Positions 1 through 14,729 of a stretch of DNA of 64,000 nt are shown here, one piece after another. The notes under the pieces were generated by a model. It made no database searches. It had not been told where the DNA came from and saw only the letters and a program-made list of their open reading frames with translations. Origin of the DNA: Perna viridis (Eukaryota); contig CM074512.1 of assembly GCA_037379345.1 (NCBI GenBank), forward strand, positions 24,180,001 to 24,244,000, given 5' to 3'. Each line of letters begins with the position of its first letter. Position 1 is the first letter of the stretch. The translations under genes and the position numbers were made by a program.

Positions 1-689
1 CATTCAAGCTGAAGACTTCTCAACTCAGTTTTTGGGGCCAAAAAGTCTGTGCATTATATGAAGTATATGTGTAAATATGTCCAGGATCAAGAGTTTCTCC
101 ATGACAGATATTCAAAATAGAAGAAATATTATGGAATTTTATCATATTTGTTATTAATGGAACAGATGTTATGAATTGGAGTCCTATCAGCACTTATTAA
201 ATGAGCACCAAAATAGTCAAATCAGTTAGTTTTCTGGAGAAATTGACACTTTGCCTATATCATAATAAATCAGCATATTTATTGTAAAAAGAATGGCCTA
301 GTAAAAGCTTTTCAGTATTTTAAGGTGAAACATGATTTCACCTGACATCGCAAGTTTCAAAATGACCTAAAAATAAGTTGTATACATCTGGGTTTTTCCA
401 TGTCATTCTTATTCTTATTAAGTTTTTAAAGATATACTTTGTATCTATCTTGTTTTTCAAGACTTCAATTTTAAAACAGTCATATTTCTTGTATTTAATG
501 AAGTAATGCTTCTAATTTTTGAACAAGTTATAAGAACATAATGAGAATGGATGGTGAATATGTCATAGACAACAACCCCACCAGGATGAAAAATGTCAGC
601 TCAATAAAATGGTTTACAGCAGTTAACACTTATGAACTGCAAAGTGGTGTGTAAATTTATCCAAACCATGCAATGGTATTACTATGTAC

Positions 690-802
690 TGATTGTCATA
701 TTGGCTGAGTTATAGGTCCAAGGCTTGTCATATTGGCCAGAGGCAATGCCAAAGGGCAATATGACAAGCCTTGGACCTATAACTCAGCCAATATGAAAAT
801 CA
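690..802. repeat. Near-perfect inverted repeat (46-bp arms, 21-bp loop), probably part of a non-autonomous DNA element
   Basis: 690-735 tgattgtcatattggctgagttataggtccaaggcttgtcatattg is the reverse complement of 757-802 with one mismatch. Confidence 0.85.
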
Positions 803-1559
803 CTATATAATGATATCTTTCTTAATTAACTACAGGTTTTAACTATTATTCTATGTAGCCTAAACTGCCTATGGTATAAGTCATTTTAGAAAAAAAAAAC
901 ATGTACGCTTTATAAGATTACCCTGATGTGACTTATCCCAAAATTATGCTTTTCTTGACAGTAAGGTTCCACTGTTGTCATGAAGACTTTTATAAACTCC
1001 AGTCACCCTTAAGGTCTACAAATTTTATTACATGCAGCTCATAAAGGGTAAGATGAAAGGTTAATCATTTGCATTAAAATGTGTCATTACATCATCTTAG
1101 TATGCATAGTTTTTTGTTGATATTTTCTTTTACTTCAACGGACTCCACCAAATTTCATCTGCTTATATTCTAAACTAACATATTCAAACAATTCCTCTTG
1201 AAAATAGTGTACAAAAATGTAGTTTTCAATCATAAGTTTACTTCTGCAACGACGCCTTGCTAAACTCTTTAGAGTTATCTGGAAGCTTGATGATAAGTTT
1301 AGAGGTACTCAAATATGCATATATTGGGCTTGCAAACCTGGCCAGTACAAAAAAATCTGTATTGGCCTTTGCATGAGGAAATTATTGATTTGGCAGTTTT
1401 ACTTGTATTTAGTCAAATATGTTTTAGTTAATTAATTAATAATATTTTGAATAGCCTGTTCAAAAATCAAAAACATCCCTTATAATTTAATTTCATAATT
1501 AAATCAAATCCAAATATCAAGAAGTTGTTCATTACCAAAATGTCATTTTGTTTAGGATT

Positions 1560-1690
1560 CTTTGAATCGCAAAGTGCGGACCAATCAACATTAATGATGT
1601 CAGGGTACCAAAGGAAATTCAAAATAACTTGCTTTACTGGAAGAGAACCAACCAATCAGACAGCATGTTACAAAGCAAATTAAATTATTA
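1560..1690. mobile_element. Dispersed repeat end rich in CCAAT and TGACGTCA-like motifs (same family as 38955-39063; Crypton-like)
   Basis: tttgaatcgc...accaatcaacattaatgatgtca...aaccaatcagacagcatgttacaaagcaaattaaattatt aligns by eye with 38955-39063. The Crypton label is from memory only. Confidence 0.5.
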
Positions 1691-3351
1691 CTTAAAAATA
1701 ACTAAATTCAGATAACTACTTTATCAGTCTCGCAACACACATTCTAAGAAATTTTAAATAAATGCACATACAGGTTTTTACATTTGATATTTATGAACAA
1801 AGAATATCAACTAAAATTTCCATTAAATATTACTTTTTTGGATAAAGCACAGTAATTTTTTGTAGTTAAATATGCTGCATTTGCCATTCTTAAGAATTGT
1901 TTAATCAAGGTGCTGATTTGACACAATCCATTCATAACTTATTATCATTTGACTAATTTACATGTGCCAAGTAAAGCACTGATTTAACTTGTTACTAATG
2001 TTATATAATATTCATTCCACATGGTATGCTGATTATGGATTTGTTTATAATAAATTAACATGTACTTAAGGAACATCTGCTATATGGAACAAATATATAT
2101 TGACACATATGCATCCTTTCTTGTTAAGAACACTATTCATATATGCTTTATACAGACACAGAAACATTAAACATTCTGTGAACACCATACTACTGTAGCA
2201 TTACCTGCCCCATCATACACTTTAATAGATTATCCCTTGGAAATCTTTAATTTACAATACAAAATCTCCTATGGCGGTGGAAAAAAAATAATCATTAATC
2301 TTATCAAGTGCCATTTCATTATCAAGAAATTGACTCTGGTAAGGACAAATGCTAACAAAATCTAACCAATCCATTAAATGCACAGCTGTAGCAGAAAATT
2401 TCTCAAAGTATCGCAATTAAAAATACTGTGGAATTGCGTTACCTGAAAGCAATAATGCCCTCATGAGTGGAGCTAAATGGAAGAAGAGTCCAACAATGTT
2501 AAAACAAAATTTAAAGGCCAGATATACTATAAGTAAAAAATGTCTGCATGATGGTTTAAGGGTCCTGGGGTTTACAGTACATAAACTAATTCCAAATTCC
2601 TCCATCTCATGACATCACAACAAATAAATGGAAAAATATTACTACACCTAAGATTTTATAGGACCAAGCTGCTTCAAGAAACCTGGGTATGAATCAGTTT
2701 CTTTTGGAGTGTTTCTGGTTTCACCTGTCTCATATGGAGTGTCAGGTTTCGCCGGTCTCATATTAACTTACAAAGTATACCTTTTTGAATCTTCACATGA
2801 TTCAGTGCAACCAGTGGCAGTGAGGTCAATAATGAATTGATATCCTTTGGTACAGTGATATTGTTGGTTTATTCAAAACTATCTCATCCTTATTATATTC
2901 TGAAACTATGCATCTTGCTTTTTTTTTTAAGTGGGAAATTTGAAATAATCATACAAAACCTCTTATTTGTAGATAAATGATTATTTTCAAAGATTAGAAG
3001 ATCTCAAGAAAACAATTTTATTTTAATCAGTGTAATTTTTAAGCATAACAGAAACTCCATATCCTACTCTTCCAGTTCCACTATAGTGGGCACTACCTTG
3101 AATAGTGAAATAATTAAACATATCTGGAAATGTTTCGTCAGGGGGACAGCCTTATTTCGGTACTAATATAGTATTATCATTCTGCTAATTTAGCCAGCGT
3201 CAGGTTTGATCAAGTAAGTCTGGAGAAACTGTAATTGAGTGGCTCGCATCCACAATTCTGCGATACAACTGAAGAAAACGAAGCGTTTACACTGCCCTTT
3301 AAAATTGAGACGAAGGGTATAAGTTCTATACTTTTACTTCTATAAGTATAC

Positions 3352-3402
3352 CGTGCTTAGATCTGGACATTCGATTTTACCGGCTTCTTTGTCGTCAGCC
3401 AT
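3352..3402 (-). CDS. Putative first coding exon of an unidentified gene running off the left edge (MADDKEAG..., donor at 3381 or 3352)
   Basis: The - strand reads cgaaaATGGCTGACGAC (YY1-like/strong start context) in a CpG-containing patch, with GT donors after GCC G or after AGC ACG. DNA to its left (1-3100) is visibly CpG-depleted like a methylated gene body. A candidate 25-nt exon with AG/GT borders lies at 366-342. Product not recognised. Confidence 0.4.
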
Positions 3403-3603
3403 TTTCGACGCTTCGTTTTCTACCTTCATTACAGAAGATTCATTACCTACTGACATATTTTACATTTATTTTTAATAAATTGAGACAAATTAGTGAATGA
3501 TTCGATGAAGAATTAAAATTGTACATCATTAACATTTTCAAAATACAACATGTAAAAATACTTTTTTGTTCCATTGAAATCCTTTACTTTCTATCTAAAA
3601 CAG

Positions 3604-3766
3604 GGGAGGTAATAAACTGTTATCGACTGGCCATTGCAACAAGCCAGAAGGTCACGGAATCGGGACACTGGCTACCCGAATGACGGATGGGATGTCCATT
3701 TTACGGAATGTGGTATGACGGCAAATCGTACCATGCTCTACAACGACTAACGCCTGGTGAAAACAG
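3604..3766 (+). pseudogene. Isolated exon-like segment with one in-frame TGA
   Basis: Bounded by a pyrimidine tract ending ...aaacag and by AG|gtttga. Reads EVINCYRLAIATSQKVTESGHWLPE*RMGCPFYGMWYDGKSYHALQRLTPGEN. GC content is higher than the flanks. Confidence 0.3.
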
Positions 3767-6700
3767 GTTTGAATCTTCCATTTTTTCATAAAAAACAAGA
3801 ATTCATATATCTTTAAACTTTTTTAAATTTTTATGCGGTTTTAAAATTTATTTCACTTTTAAAAATTAGACAGTTTGAATTGCTAGTTTGACTGGATATA
3901 CAATTTTGAATTTTGAATTAAAAGAAATTATGGTACCGGTGAAAAAGTAACATATGATTTCGTTTATAACCACGAGGAACCATATTGGTTTGTGTTTCTA
4001 ATCATCTCATGCACATTTGTGTGCATAGAAAATACTTGTAAAATCATGTATTCATATTCGGATTAAGGGTGATATTACAATATTGTAAAAGAGTCCCATA
4101 AGTGAATAATAAAAACGAAGAAATAATTGAAAAAATACACTTTCCTACTAGTAAAATAATCATCTTGTAATTTTCAAACATATTATGAGAAAATTATGAA
4201 TATAAGTCTGATAAGATAAATAGTGAAATAAGATTATCGCTATGTAGATATAGTCATATACATATTTTTCTTGATTTCAGTTTCAAAATATCACCCTTAG
4301 TGTTATGTACAACACACTTTTCATTCTTCCATTTACATATTTTACTATTTTAACACGCACAATATCTCAAAGAACACAATTTCTAGACCATCCAGATTAT
4401 TGTCATGTAACTAGATCCAAGAACTTCTTTGTTTTAGGACCGCCAGCACTTTAATATCATAGAATATGGTTTCTTAGAACATGCAAAGGAAACAAATATA
4501 ACAAAAGAAAATATACTTCAAATACCACTGCCAGACAAGTCTGCCTACAGTTCGTGTTCTTGTTTTCTTTCAAACCAAATGACAAATATGCTTCTTTAAA
4601 ATGGCTTTCCAACGACGTTTACCCTATGTCACACTGGTAAATTAGTAAAGACAAACATGCCTTTTCTGATAGCCAAACTTATTTAAAACACAAACAATGG
4701 AAATTCTAACAACTTTAAGAAAGAAACCCCATAAAGTTTTGTGGTAGATTGTAAAAATAAATTTGTTTTAAGTGAGAATCACGAGTAACACTGGTGAACA
4801 AAATCTGAAACGAAAAATGTATATTCTAATGTAGAATTTATTGAATAGTTTAGGGTGCTAATTTTCTTTCTAGAGTTGATCTCGGGAAGTGTTTTGTTTC
4901 AGAAGAATGGCTTCTATCAAAAGATAAGAATTCTCGTTCGTATAAACGTAGCTATATAGGTTAACCAATGTCACAATGTGTCACCCGATATTGGCGATGG
5001 TGTTTTTTCTCTTTTCAAAGGGCCCAAGAATTTTTGTATAGGGCCCTGTATTATGTTTATTCATCTTTTTATTAAAGGATATATTCTACTTATAGTTAAT
5101 TTGTCACAGTGTTAGTAGAAATTGTGTTGTCGGAGAAAGGGAACAACTCGTTAGGCGTTGACTTGATAAAATTGCTGTTCCGTATTCTCGGTACATTGAT
5201 CAATCGATATATGTCTTTACTTTTTAGTTCCATCGTATCCTGATAAATCTTCGTTTAAAAAAAATACCCCCTCCACAAGAGCCCCAAACGTCTGCCCTTT
5301 GATATCTTCTGTCTGCATGTCAGACAACCCTAATGCATGTCACTGACATTATTCGTGTGACGCTGCACAATTTTCCAGGTTAAAGTTTACCTTCACTACA
5401 CAATATATGCATATATATGCATGATAGTGTGCATATGGTTAAAACAGACAGGGAAGATTATTTGAATATACGTCTGGGATTTTAACTATAGCTTGATCGT
5501 TGAAATGATATTTTCTGTGTAAAATCATAATATCATCTTCAACCCATTGACTGGAATACTGAATTTTGATCAAATGGATGTATATTTAAAGAGACGGAAT
5601 ATGAATGATCTTTATTTAGAGCGTGTATGTGTTTGTTTACAATTGATAGTTGTGCAAGTGTTGTGCAGTAGTATTTGCATTGTGGGAATTTGTTGTGGCG
5701 CATTCTTTTCACGATTGTAGGGGTGTGAAGGGGTGGGCATAGTCTACTATTTTCAGAATCAATAAAAAGTTAATGAAGTAATAACACAATTTCCGATTAC
5801 AAATTTCCTCTTATTTAGTTTTTATTTATATCTTTAATTTGATATTTTTGGATTGTACGCACTCATTTATACCTCAGAAAGTCGTAATCAACCCTGTTGT
5901 AAATAATTGATGGAATAGTGACACGATACAGAAATCGACGATTATTATAATTGCTGGAAATTTGAGAATGACTAAACATATGGAAAATGTTGATTGATAT
6001 AGAAAGTAGCATAAACTTTCACCAGTAAACTGGTATAATTTGAAATAAATGTTAAAGGTAATGTTACTAGAATGCAATTTTTTGGCTTAAAAACTTTTTT
6101 TATAAACAGATGGCAATATTTTATCATTTAACTATTAATTATAACATTGAGTGCCAGCCTTGTATATAAAGCCACATCAAGCAAATAAAGTTTTAACATG
6201 TATGCCAAACCTTTTCATGCCATATTATACTAACTATGTGACATAAAAAAAGGAATGTCGAAGACAATTACAAGAACAAAGAACGGTTTCTGGAATAGCT
6301 AATGTACATACAATACATACATTAATAATATGATTCTGGATCTACTATTGAAAGATCTAGATCTCTGTGATCGAAATGTCTAATCTGTTCTGACTGCATT
6401 GTTGAATCAACATTAGTAATGGTTTAAAGGAACTTCATTTTGATGTAATGTCACTGCCCCATCCACACATAAACCTATGGATATAGATTTATATGTGATG
6501 TTGGGAGAAATTGATGAATAAGTTCTTTGCTATTTATCTGTTTAAACTGTCCACTTAAGTTTAACCTTAAATATATTTTCGTACACCGCCTTATACTGCT
6601 GAGGCAAAGATCTTCCCGGTGGTTTTCGCTTTTTATTATTATAAATAAGGATTTTGGAGGCTTGGCCAGGTAATCAGTTTCAACAACATTCCAGATTGGT

Positions 6701-9639
6701 ACCGGTAGTGTATTTCACCATCTTCTATGTGTGTGCCTATAGTACATAAACTTCTGCTAACATGTAGCCTTCGGTAATTCCTACATCTGTTGTCGGGTTT
6801 ACCAACGGAGTTGACAGTTCTTCCAAGGACTTGATATACTCACAAATAGTATTTAGTCTATCCAATAAGAGAAACCCAGATATTGTACGCTTATTATTAT
6901 AAATACCGGTATTTTTCCCTGAAGTTGGACATTGTCGAGAATAAGCCCTGAACATTTTTTTAAATATTTTTTTTTGCATGAAGTGGGACATTGTCGAGAA
7001 TAACACATGGTCACTTTTTACAGAAATTTGTGATTGTCGCATTGAAATTAGATAACAATCAATAAGCATACTTTCTAAGTGCAACAAAGATTGAGATAAC
7101 GTAAATAAGCTGTACTGTTTATAGATAGTTTATTCTGCTACTTGATAAACTGAAATGTACTAGTTTTACTAAAAGTACTACTGATTTGTATTATGTGCAA
7201 AGATCATTAAGGTCATTTTTGTCTGTCAATATTTTCGTTTTTCATTATTACTTAAAAAAATAAATATAAAAAAATAGTAAAAATAATGTGTTTTATGGTT
7301 ATTCACGTTTAGTACAACTTTGTTTTATAGTAACCTTTACATCCTTTAAATTGTTAAACCCCTAATATTATACAATTAGCTACAACCTACTTGTACTAGA
7401 ACATCGACCCAAAACTGAAATTTGCTGCCTCATAAACTTACACATACCATGTCATGTCATTGTATATACGCAAGCTGTATTTCATTCCAAGGACAATTTA
7501 TTAGTGTGAAAAGTTTGCCATCAGGTTACAAACTAACAATTTACCACGTTATACGGGAGATTATGTTGTTTTCATCTAAAAAAGTACTTCATGTATAGAT
7601 TTTTCAGAATTTTGGAATATTTTGTATAAATGTTGTCTCTGTTTGATAAATAAATAAGGTCCCTTTATGACTTGTGACAATACTGAACTACCAATAGACT
7701 TCAGTTAGATCGTATAGTTTGTAACTTATTTAGGCCTTTTTTTCTGGCTTTATATGTGGTATTTCTCATGTTATCACTTTAATTCATATAAAATATTAAA
7801 TATTGTCACCATCCCTCAAATAAATCTGTTTAATATGACGTTTTACTTAAACTAATTCTAATTCGTTTTTACGAATGTTTGTTCTATCAGTGGTATATTG
7901 TTTCCATTTTGATTACCAAATAATTTCAGATTTGATTTTACAAACTTGAACAGTTACATTGCGAAACAAATCGACATTTTAAAGATATCTATACAGACAT
8001 TGCTACTCATAACCCATTCTCTTCAATGTCGCTTCCTCTACTAGACTCGATACCCAGACCTGCCAGGGATGTTGATGATTTTATGTTTACCTTTCTTTAT
8101 CCTGGTTAAGTTCCAGTGATATACTCTACGAAGATAGAAATAAATAGTTAAGAGTCACAAGAAAAATCTCAGTTTATTACAACAACGAAAACCAAAACCA
8201 CGGTAATAGCCTCTGAACTGTGTATACAATAAGTTTTTTCTTGTAAATTTAGCAATTGACTTTCGGTCAAAATCTGCAAATGAGATTCTCGAACGGAAGG
8301 TGGTCACAAAAGTGTTTGAAGCGACACAATACTGCTGAATTATTTGCTCTTACTTTAAAAAATTACAGGAAGGCATGAACTAGAATAGACCAGCGTTAAC
8401 AGCGGAGTGACCAAAAATATCTCCACATTTTAGTTATATTAGCGACAATGAAATTCATATGTTTCTTTTTGATAAAAAATAAAAGTCAAATTTTCCCACA
8501 TAAGAAGTAACGATACTCGATGGAAGTTCATATATGAAAGACTGATTATGTTATATTTCTGGATAGCTTTTAGATTGTTAATTTTTTGTTGAAAGAAACA
8601 AATGGTTATTCCTCATATCATCTTCTACATGCCTATAATTCATAATAGAGAGAATGACAGAGAACATCTCTTACTGTTCATATTTTCTTCAGTTAACCGG
8701 AGAACTGTTTCATAACAAGAACCTTAGCTTGATTGACTGACTTGTCGATAACTGCGTATGATTATTTACTATGCACGTCGAATTCGAAAGACGGACATCC
8801 TTTTTCTCAGTGTTTTGCAGAAAAAAAAAATTCCATGGAATAATGAAACTGAACAGAGAGAAGAAAAACTCTTTGGAATCACATACTGCAGACTTAGGTA
8901 TATTAACCCGCCAATCGAGAAGGAAAAAAAAAACATAAATGACAGATCACAATCAATTCATATTTAGAAGAATACTCCATAAAATGCTCGTTTTTTGAAG
9001 AAGTATCCGCCAATTTTATTTTTGTGTGTGCGTGTGTGTTTGTCTTGAAGTATCGCATTAAAATCAAAATCATTGATTATTGTGTAAAAGTAGTTTAGAA
9101 AAAAAATGTACTAAAACAAAAATATTTTTGTTAAGTAAACTTTCTAGAATTGATAAAAACTCGCTGGATATCAGTAAGGTTCTCTTTCCCAGTGTTGATC
9201 AATATTTAGCAAACATTTGAGGATTTTTACAACTTGAAAACTCATCCAATACAAACGAAGCCATTTGCAGCTTTATTCCATCATAGTTTTGAATTTCGTT
9301 TTCTCCCTTCATGAATTTTGATTGACATAACATTTACAATCTTCTCCATAAAAGCATGCTCACGTGCTCGCGCCACGAACACTTTTTTCCAAATTTTGGT
9401 TATAGATAGATAATGAATAGAGAAAATACATGGTTACTTTCTATCAAATTATAATACAATAACAGTTTTAAAAAACAAAAATTTAGTTGAAAAAGAAAAC
9501 AAAAGCCAAATTTATAAAAGTAAAGCCAGGAACATTGCATTATGTGAACACGTGCGTCAGTCATGACAAATCGAAACTACTCAGCCTTTCTCTTTATGTA
9601 ATGGTCGAGAAGTTCCGAACTGGCCGAATGATAACCGCA

Positions 9640-10055
9640 CTCGTCGCAACTTCGGCTGAGTCCGTACCCTCCTCATACCTCGTCTGTATTACGTCAGCTG
9701 CCATTGGAACTACTTTGGGAAATCTTCTATGTAGAGGTATTTAATGTTCATTTAAAGATGGATGCGCCCATAATATGGATTTGAAATTGGAAAATGTGTG
9801 CTTATAAATATAAACATGTCGTTTTCTAAGATAATTAAGTTAACTTTTAAAATTCTATTTTTACGGATATGTACGTCTTATTGATAGAGCGCATCGTACA
9901 CCCTATGGCTAGGTCAAGCGAGCCATATTTCTAATGGTCATAGGTGACGCGGTCAACTTCCGGCGAATAAATGTAGCGCGTAGACACATATCAAATCCCG
10001 TATCACATCCGAGGGATTGAGGTAGAGTAGCGGAGTCACCCGAGGTTTGCCGATT
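9640..10055. repeat. Degenerate foldback (inverted arms ~9640-9700 and ~9995-10055)
   Basis: tcgcaacttcggctgagtccgtaccctcctcatacctcg pairs imperfectly with cgagggattgaggtagagtagcggagtcacccgaggtttgccga. An inner pair, gatgcgcccataata / tattgatagagcgcatc, is also present. Confidence 0.5.
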
Positions 10056-13000
10056 GATGTTAACCGGTGTACTAGGTTTTGATTTTGTATGGAGTTGTAT
10101 TTACTTTCTGTGACTCTTGAAATTTGTCGGGTCTGTGTTTTCCCTTAAAATTCTTCTTATCGTGTGTATTTTGTCAGGATACTTCAGTAACTAACAAACC
10201 GGTACACAGAACATTATAATACAAATTTATGAAGAAGATACGAAGATAAGATTTCTTAATAAAAAAAAAGAATTCAGAAAATATTTTATAAAATTTCTCC
10301 ACCACTGCACATAAAATTTACATGTTAACATATGGCATTAAATTGCAAATCGTTGATCTTGTGTACACAAATTTAAATCATAGTGAATCTGAATCTCACT
10401 GTAAATGTTTGCCTTTACTCAGTTAATATTTCATAGTTGGAATGATTCCTAGAAGTGTTTGATATGTTCTAGCTTGTGTGTTTACACGCTTGTAATGATA
10501 GTACAAATTGTTTTGTCATAGCTTATTAATTTAGCACTAATATAAAATACAGTGTCGTAGTAAAGAAATGTCGAGTTTAAAGTGTATCTTACGGCTTCAT
10601 TTTATTTAATATAAAACTTGTAAACATATCAATATTATACTTAAATAGTGAGAATTTTTTTTACAATATTTATAGAACAATAATTTGACTTCCCCTTATA
10701 AAGTCACTGGAGCGGATTAATAGATTTGAGAACTATTTCCATGTGGAAGACCACAGAGCCTAGGAAAAACGTATCACATAGGATCTTCCTGGTAATATTT
10801 CATAGATATTTTGTCAAATACGGACATGTCGCCTTCCTATCTTCACTGGAACTTTATCCATTTTATACTTCATAAACATATATTTCAAAAAACATATTTT
10901 CATTTTGAATTACACTTACATGGTAAAACATAAGAAGATGTTTTAATCCTACCATTGGTTTATACATAGAACACATGGAAACTGTCCTTCAGGACGGTTT
11001 TTCACAGAATGGGAATGGTTTTTTTTAATTTTAACCACCACTCTGAATACTCTGATGTTTTTTTTTCTTCGAGAGAATAAAGTAAATTGTTACATTTCTT
11101 CGAGTTAAACTAATGTGTACCACGTTTCAATGTTTTAATTACGTAAATGTAAAATTATGAGATAAGAGCACAAATGAGTTCTCACTTTAAACTCTTACAA
11201 TAAATGATAAAGTGTCATAGGCAAGTGAGTAATGTCAGCTTTATCTAGTTTCCAGACACAGACACGGATAAAACCACACTGACTATATACATTGACAGGA
11301 CAACATCATCATTTTAACCCACTTATTAGGAGACACTGTTGGGAATTTTCTTTGCATTTAACGTTTCATGTTATTTTCTTTATTTCATTGATTTACTCTA
11401 TATATGGTAGACAACTTTTCATAATATTGACATTTGTCACCATATTATATCAGAAATTGGTAACGGTTAACAACAAAAGACATTTGTATTAAGCTTTTAT
11501 GAATACACTGACACTAAAATATCATATACTTTTGTTTTCAAGTCCAAAGCAAGAAGTGACATTTTTTCTTAGCTTTTTACTAATGAAAGTTCATATCAAA
11601 CTTTCATTCGATCGCATAAAACTTATTGAACTTAAGACACCTCTGTACGACTTGCGTGAAACGTGACACTCTCCATACCCATAGGTGTTCCATTACTACA
11701 ATATATTTATTATTCTTATTGTGGTATTGGTTAATTCAATTATGATACATTTAAGTACGGAAACAAAATTTAGTCGTCAGATTAACACGAAATTGTCAGA
11801 AAATGTTTCTAATATAGTAGGCAATAAAACATATTAATAATTCAGAATCTATTTATAAATAGTTTTTTTTCTGACTGCGCAATGCAACTGATACTAAATA
11901 TTTATTATATAACTTTTATTCAATAATGGTGTCAATCAGACAATATAAACCTCCAATCTGTTCTATGACATAATGTAGTCCCGTGTAGGAGTTTACTATA
12001 TATTCATTCATAAGAGTTCTATGCGTCCTGTAATACAGAAAATTGAAGAATCAAATGACCAGTTCGGTCTATATCTGGAGATTTCCCCTTATTTCAGGAT
12101 TTCCCGTGTCTACCTGAATAATATATGCAAATGATTACTAATGATACGTTTTTCTGCTAATTAAAATCGATCAGCTATCCTCTATCTAAATATCAGTGTG
12201 TGATATGAAGGTTTTCCATTTTTCTTTTTCAGTTTTTTTTCTTTTTTCTTTCTTTTTCTTTTTTTTTTTTGGCTTACACTTACTGTCTTATTTTTATGGG
12301 ACCAGTGTTCTGTACGCAAGTGCCAAAATAGATATTGAGCGATAACAATCTTTTAATGGGTTAATTGTTTGTGCCAACAGTGATAGTTATATCCATCACG
12401 AACAAAATTAGATACAAACCTGTCTGTCTGTTTGCCCGTCTGTGCGTTCGTCTTCCGACTTTTCTCTTCAGCACAACTCTTCTTAGCCGCTTTATAAATT
12501 TTGACAATTTGTTACGAAGATTAGACATCATATCCATATATTTGCATGAAGATAATTGTTTCCAAGGCAAGCAGTGGGAGATAATCCAACCAGTAAAGAG
12601 ACAAGTAGCCTTGTAAGTGCATCACTAAAACCGCACACGAAATTTTGATGAAAATTGATTGAAAAGGTGAAGTATTTTATATAAATGTGCAGGGTTGAAG
12701 ATTGACGATACCCAATGCCATGTGACTACAAAGAGGATTATCCAAATTAAGGGTTTGTGATTGAAATATACTTTGAGCTGGTTATTCTTTTTGTGAGTTT
12801 GCTCACAGTATTTCTAAGTCGCTACTAAGCCCTTTCAACCAGGGGCTAGTTCAGTGTAACAATAATTCATTTACTAAAGCACTTAGAGAAAATATGTAGA
12901 TTTGATTGTGAAGTCTTGTGCTAAATTGCTTTAATTAGCAATGTAAGGAAAAAGAATGGATATGGTGAAGCGCAACAAAAGCACCAGCGTATTGCCTAAA

Positions 13001-13849
13001 TCGAAACCAGAAAATAACTGCTGATAGGCCTACCAAAGTGCAAACAATTCAAGACCAAACCTAAGGTCATTTAACAATGGGACAGTTCAGATTTAGTATT
13101 TCAAAAATCTACTAATACTTTTGAGAGAGAAAAGAGAATGTCTGACGTGTTATGGAGGGGATTCTGGACATGTTTAACACGTATCATTCACGCTGTCGGT
13201 AAGTGAACCACTGGTACGGTTTAATTGCTTTAAAATGAGTTGCTGTAACCAAAACAAGTAGAAATAAAGCCTGTCTTGTCCCACTCAGTCACTAATTATT
13301 TTAAAACAGCATTTAAGTAACTTAATGTTGGGAAACAGACGGAGTTACTTGACACAGACGGTTGACACTACACACCTTCTTGGGGACAATAGTGATTCCG
13401 TTTGTTTCAAAGATAAGCTAATTATTGGAGTTTACATAAGGCCCAATGCAACAATAAGACTCGACGGTAGACGTGATGACTTATCTTTTGGTTTAAGGAA
13501 ATATTATCGAGGATAATCATAATGATGATGTCGTCTTTTTAATGATGAAAAGAGCAGGTCTGACTTCGTATCAAGCTCTCATAAGCCACCGAATCTAAAA
13601 ATTAAATTGACAATAATCTTAGGCTTTTCGTCAACAGAAGACATATTTACCCACTACGGCAAAATTTAATCGGCTTCTGTAAGAGACTACCAATAGTTCT
13701 TCATTGTATAAAGGACTTCTGCATGACGAGTAAATGGTGGAATGGAATTCTTTAAAATATCTTCCTAGTGATGAGGTAAAATGTTTTGTTAGTGCTCAAA
13801 TATTATATCAATTTCTATTCCGTAACTTTTGAGGGGCTTTAGGTGACTT

Positions 13850-14210
13850 TGTTTTAACTCACTTGGACCAAAGGTCGTCACTTTGCGTCCGTCGTCCATA
13901 ATTTTTTTCACATTTTGCTTAACTACATGAAAACCCCTTGACAAATTTTAACCAAACTTGGCGAAAATGGTGTACGCAAAATCTTTTTACAAATGATCCA
14001 TTTTTGGTTCCATTTGCTCAAACAAGATGACCGTCAGGCTACCTAAGATTCTGATTGACCAATTCAAGATCAACTCCTCTGAAACCACAGGTGCCAATGC
14101 TTTGAAATGTTTGATGGCCTCAATTCCCTTCACAAACAGTCCACTTTTCGTGTGGCTCAGATGCTTATCGGGTGGCTGTGGCTATGGCTAAATTTCCTTA
14201 AAAACCCTAT
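13850..14210 (+). mobile_element. Helentron-associated non-autonomous element (HINE-like) fragment
   Basis: T-tract start ttttaactcacttggaccaaaggt, then gtcactttgcgtccgtcgtcc microsatellite and internal aaccaaacttgg / aactcctctgaaacca boxes typical of bivalve HINEs. Boundaries approximate. Confidence 0.55.
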
Positions 14211-14729
14211 GGGAAAGACATTTTGGCATATGTGTGTGCCTTTACTTCACCAATGGTGATCACACTTGGCAGAAATAATAAAAGGGACAACTTTAACATG
14301 TATAAAATTTTGGTTCCGCTTGATGAAACAAAATGGACTCTAGAGGCTTGAATGGTGTGCCTCAACTGTTCAGGTTCGTATCGAGCAGCACCGTGCAAAG
14401 CATTAAATGGTTTTGGTTTAGTTACGGTTTTTTGTTTGGGAATTAAGATCGAACTTATGTGTCAGTCTTTTTGCTGAAGTGGTGGGTCGAGTGAAACGAA
14501 AAACAAAAATGAGTGATTTTGAGTTCATCCTTGGTTGTTAACCTCTGATTGGGTTGAAAATAGTTTTTTTTTCAAGTGTAGAGCATTGCTTCATAGTTCT
14601 GATGCAAGTATAATCTGCAATATACGAAATAAATTTGGAGGCTTGACAAAACCAACGGATGACCATAACAATTGTGCATAGTTGAAAATTTTGTTTTAAA
14701 AAGTAGGGTGTTATAGTAAGTGAGTGTTG

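Noticed and set aside
11138-11147. PAR-bZIP site-like ATTACGTAAA (possible autoregulation)
   Set aside because: A single imperfect site 20 kb away, expected by chance in AT-rich DNA.
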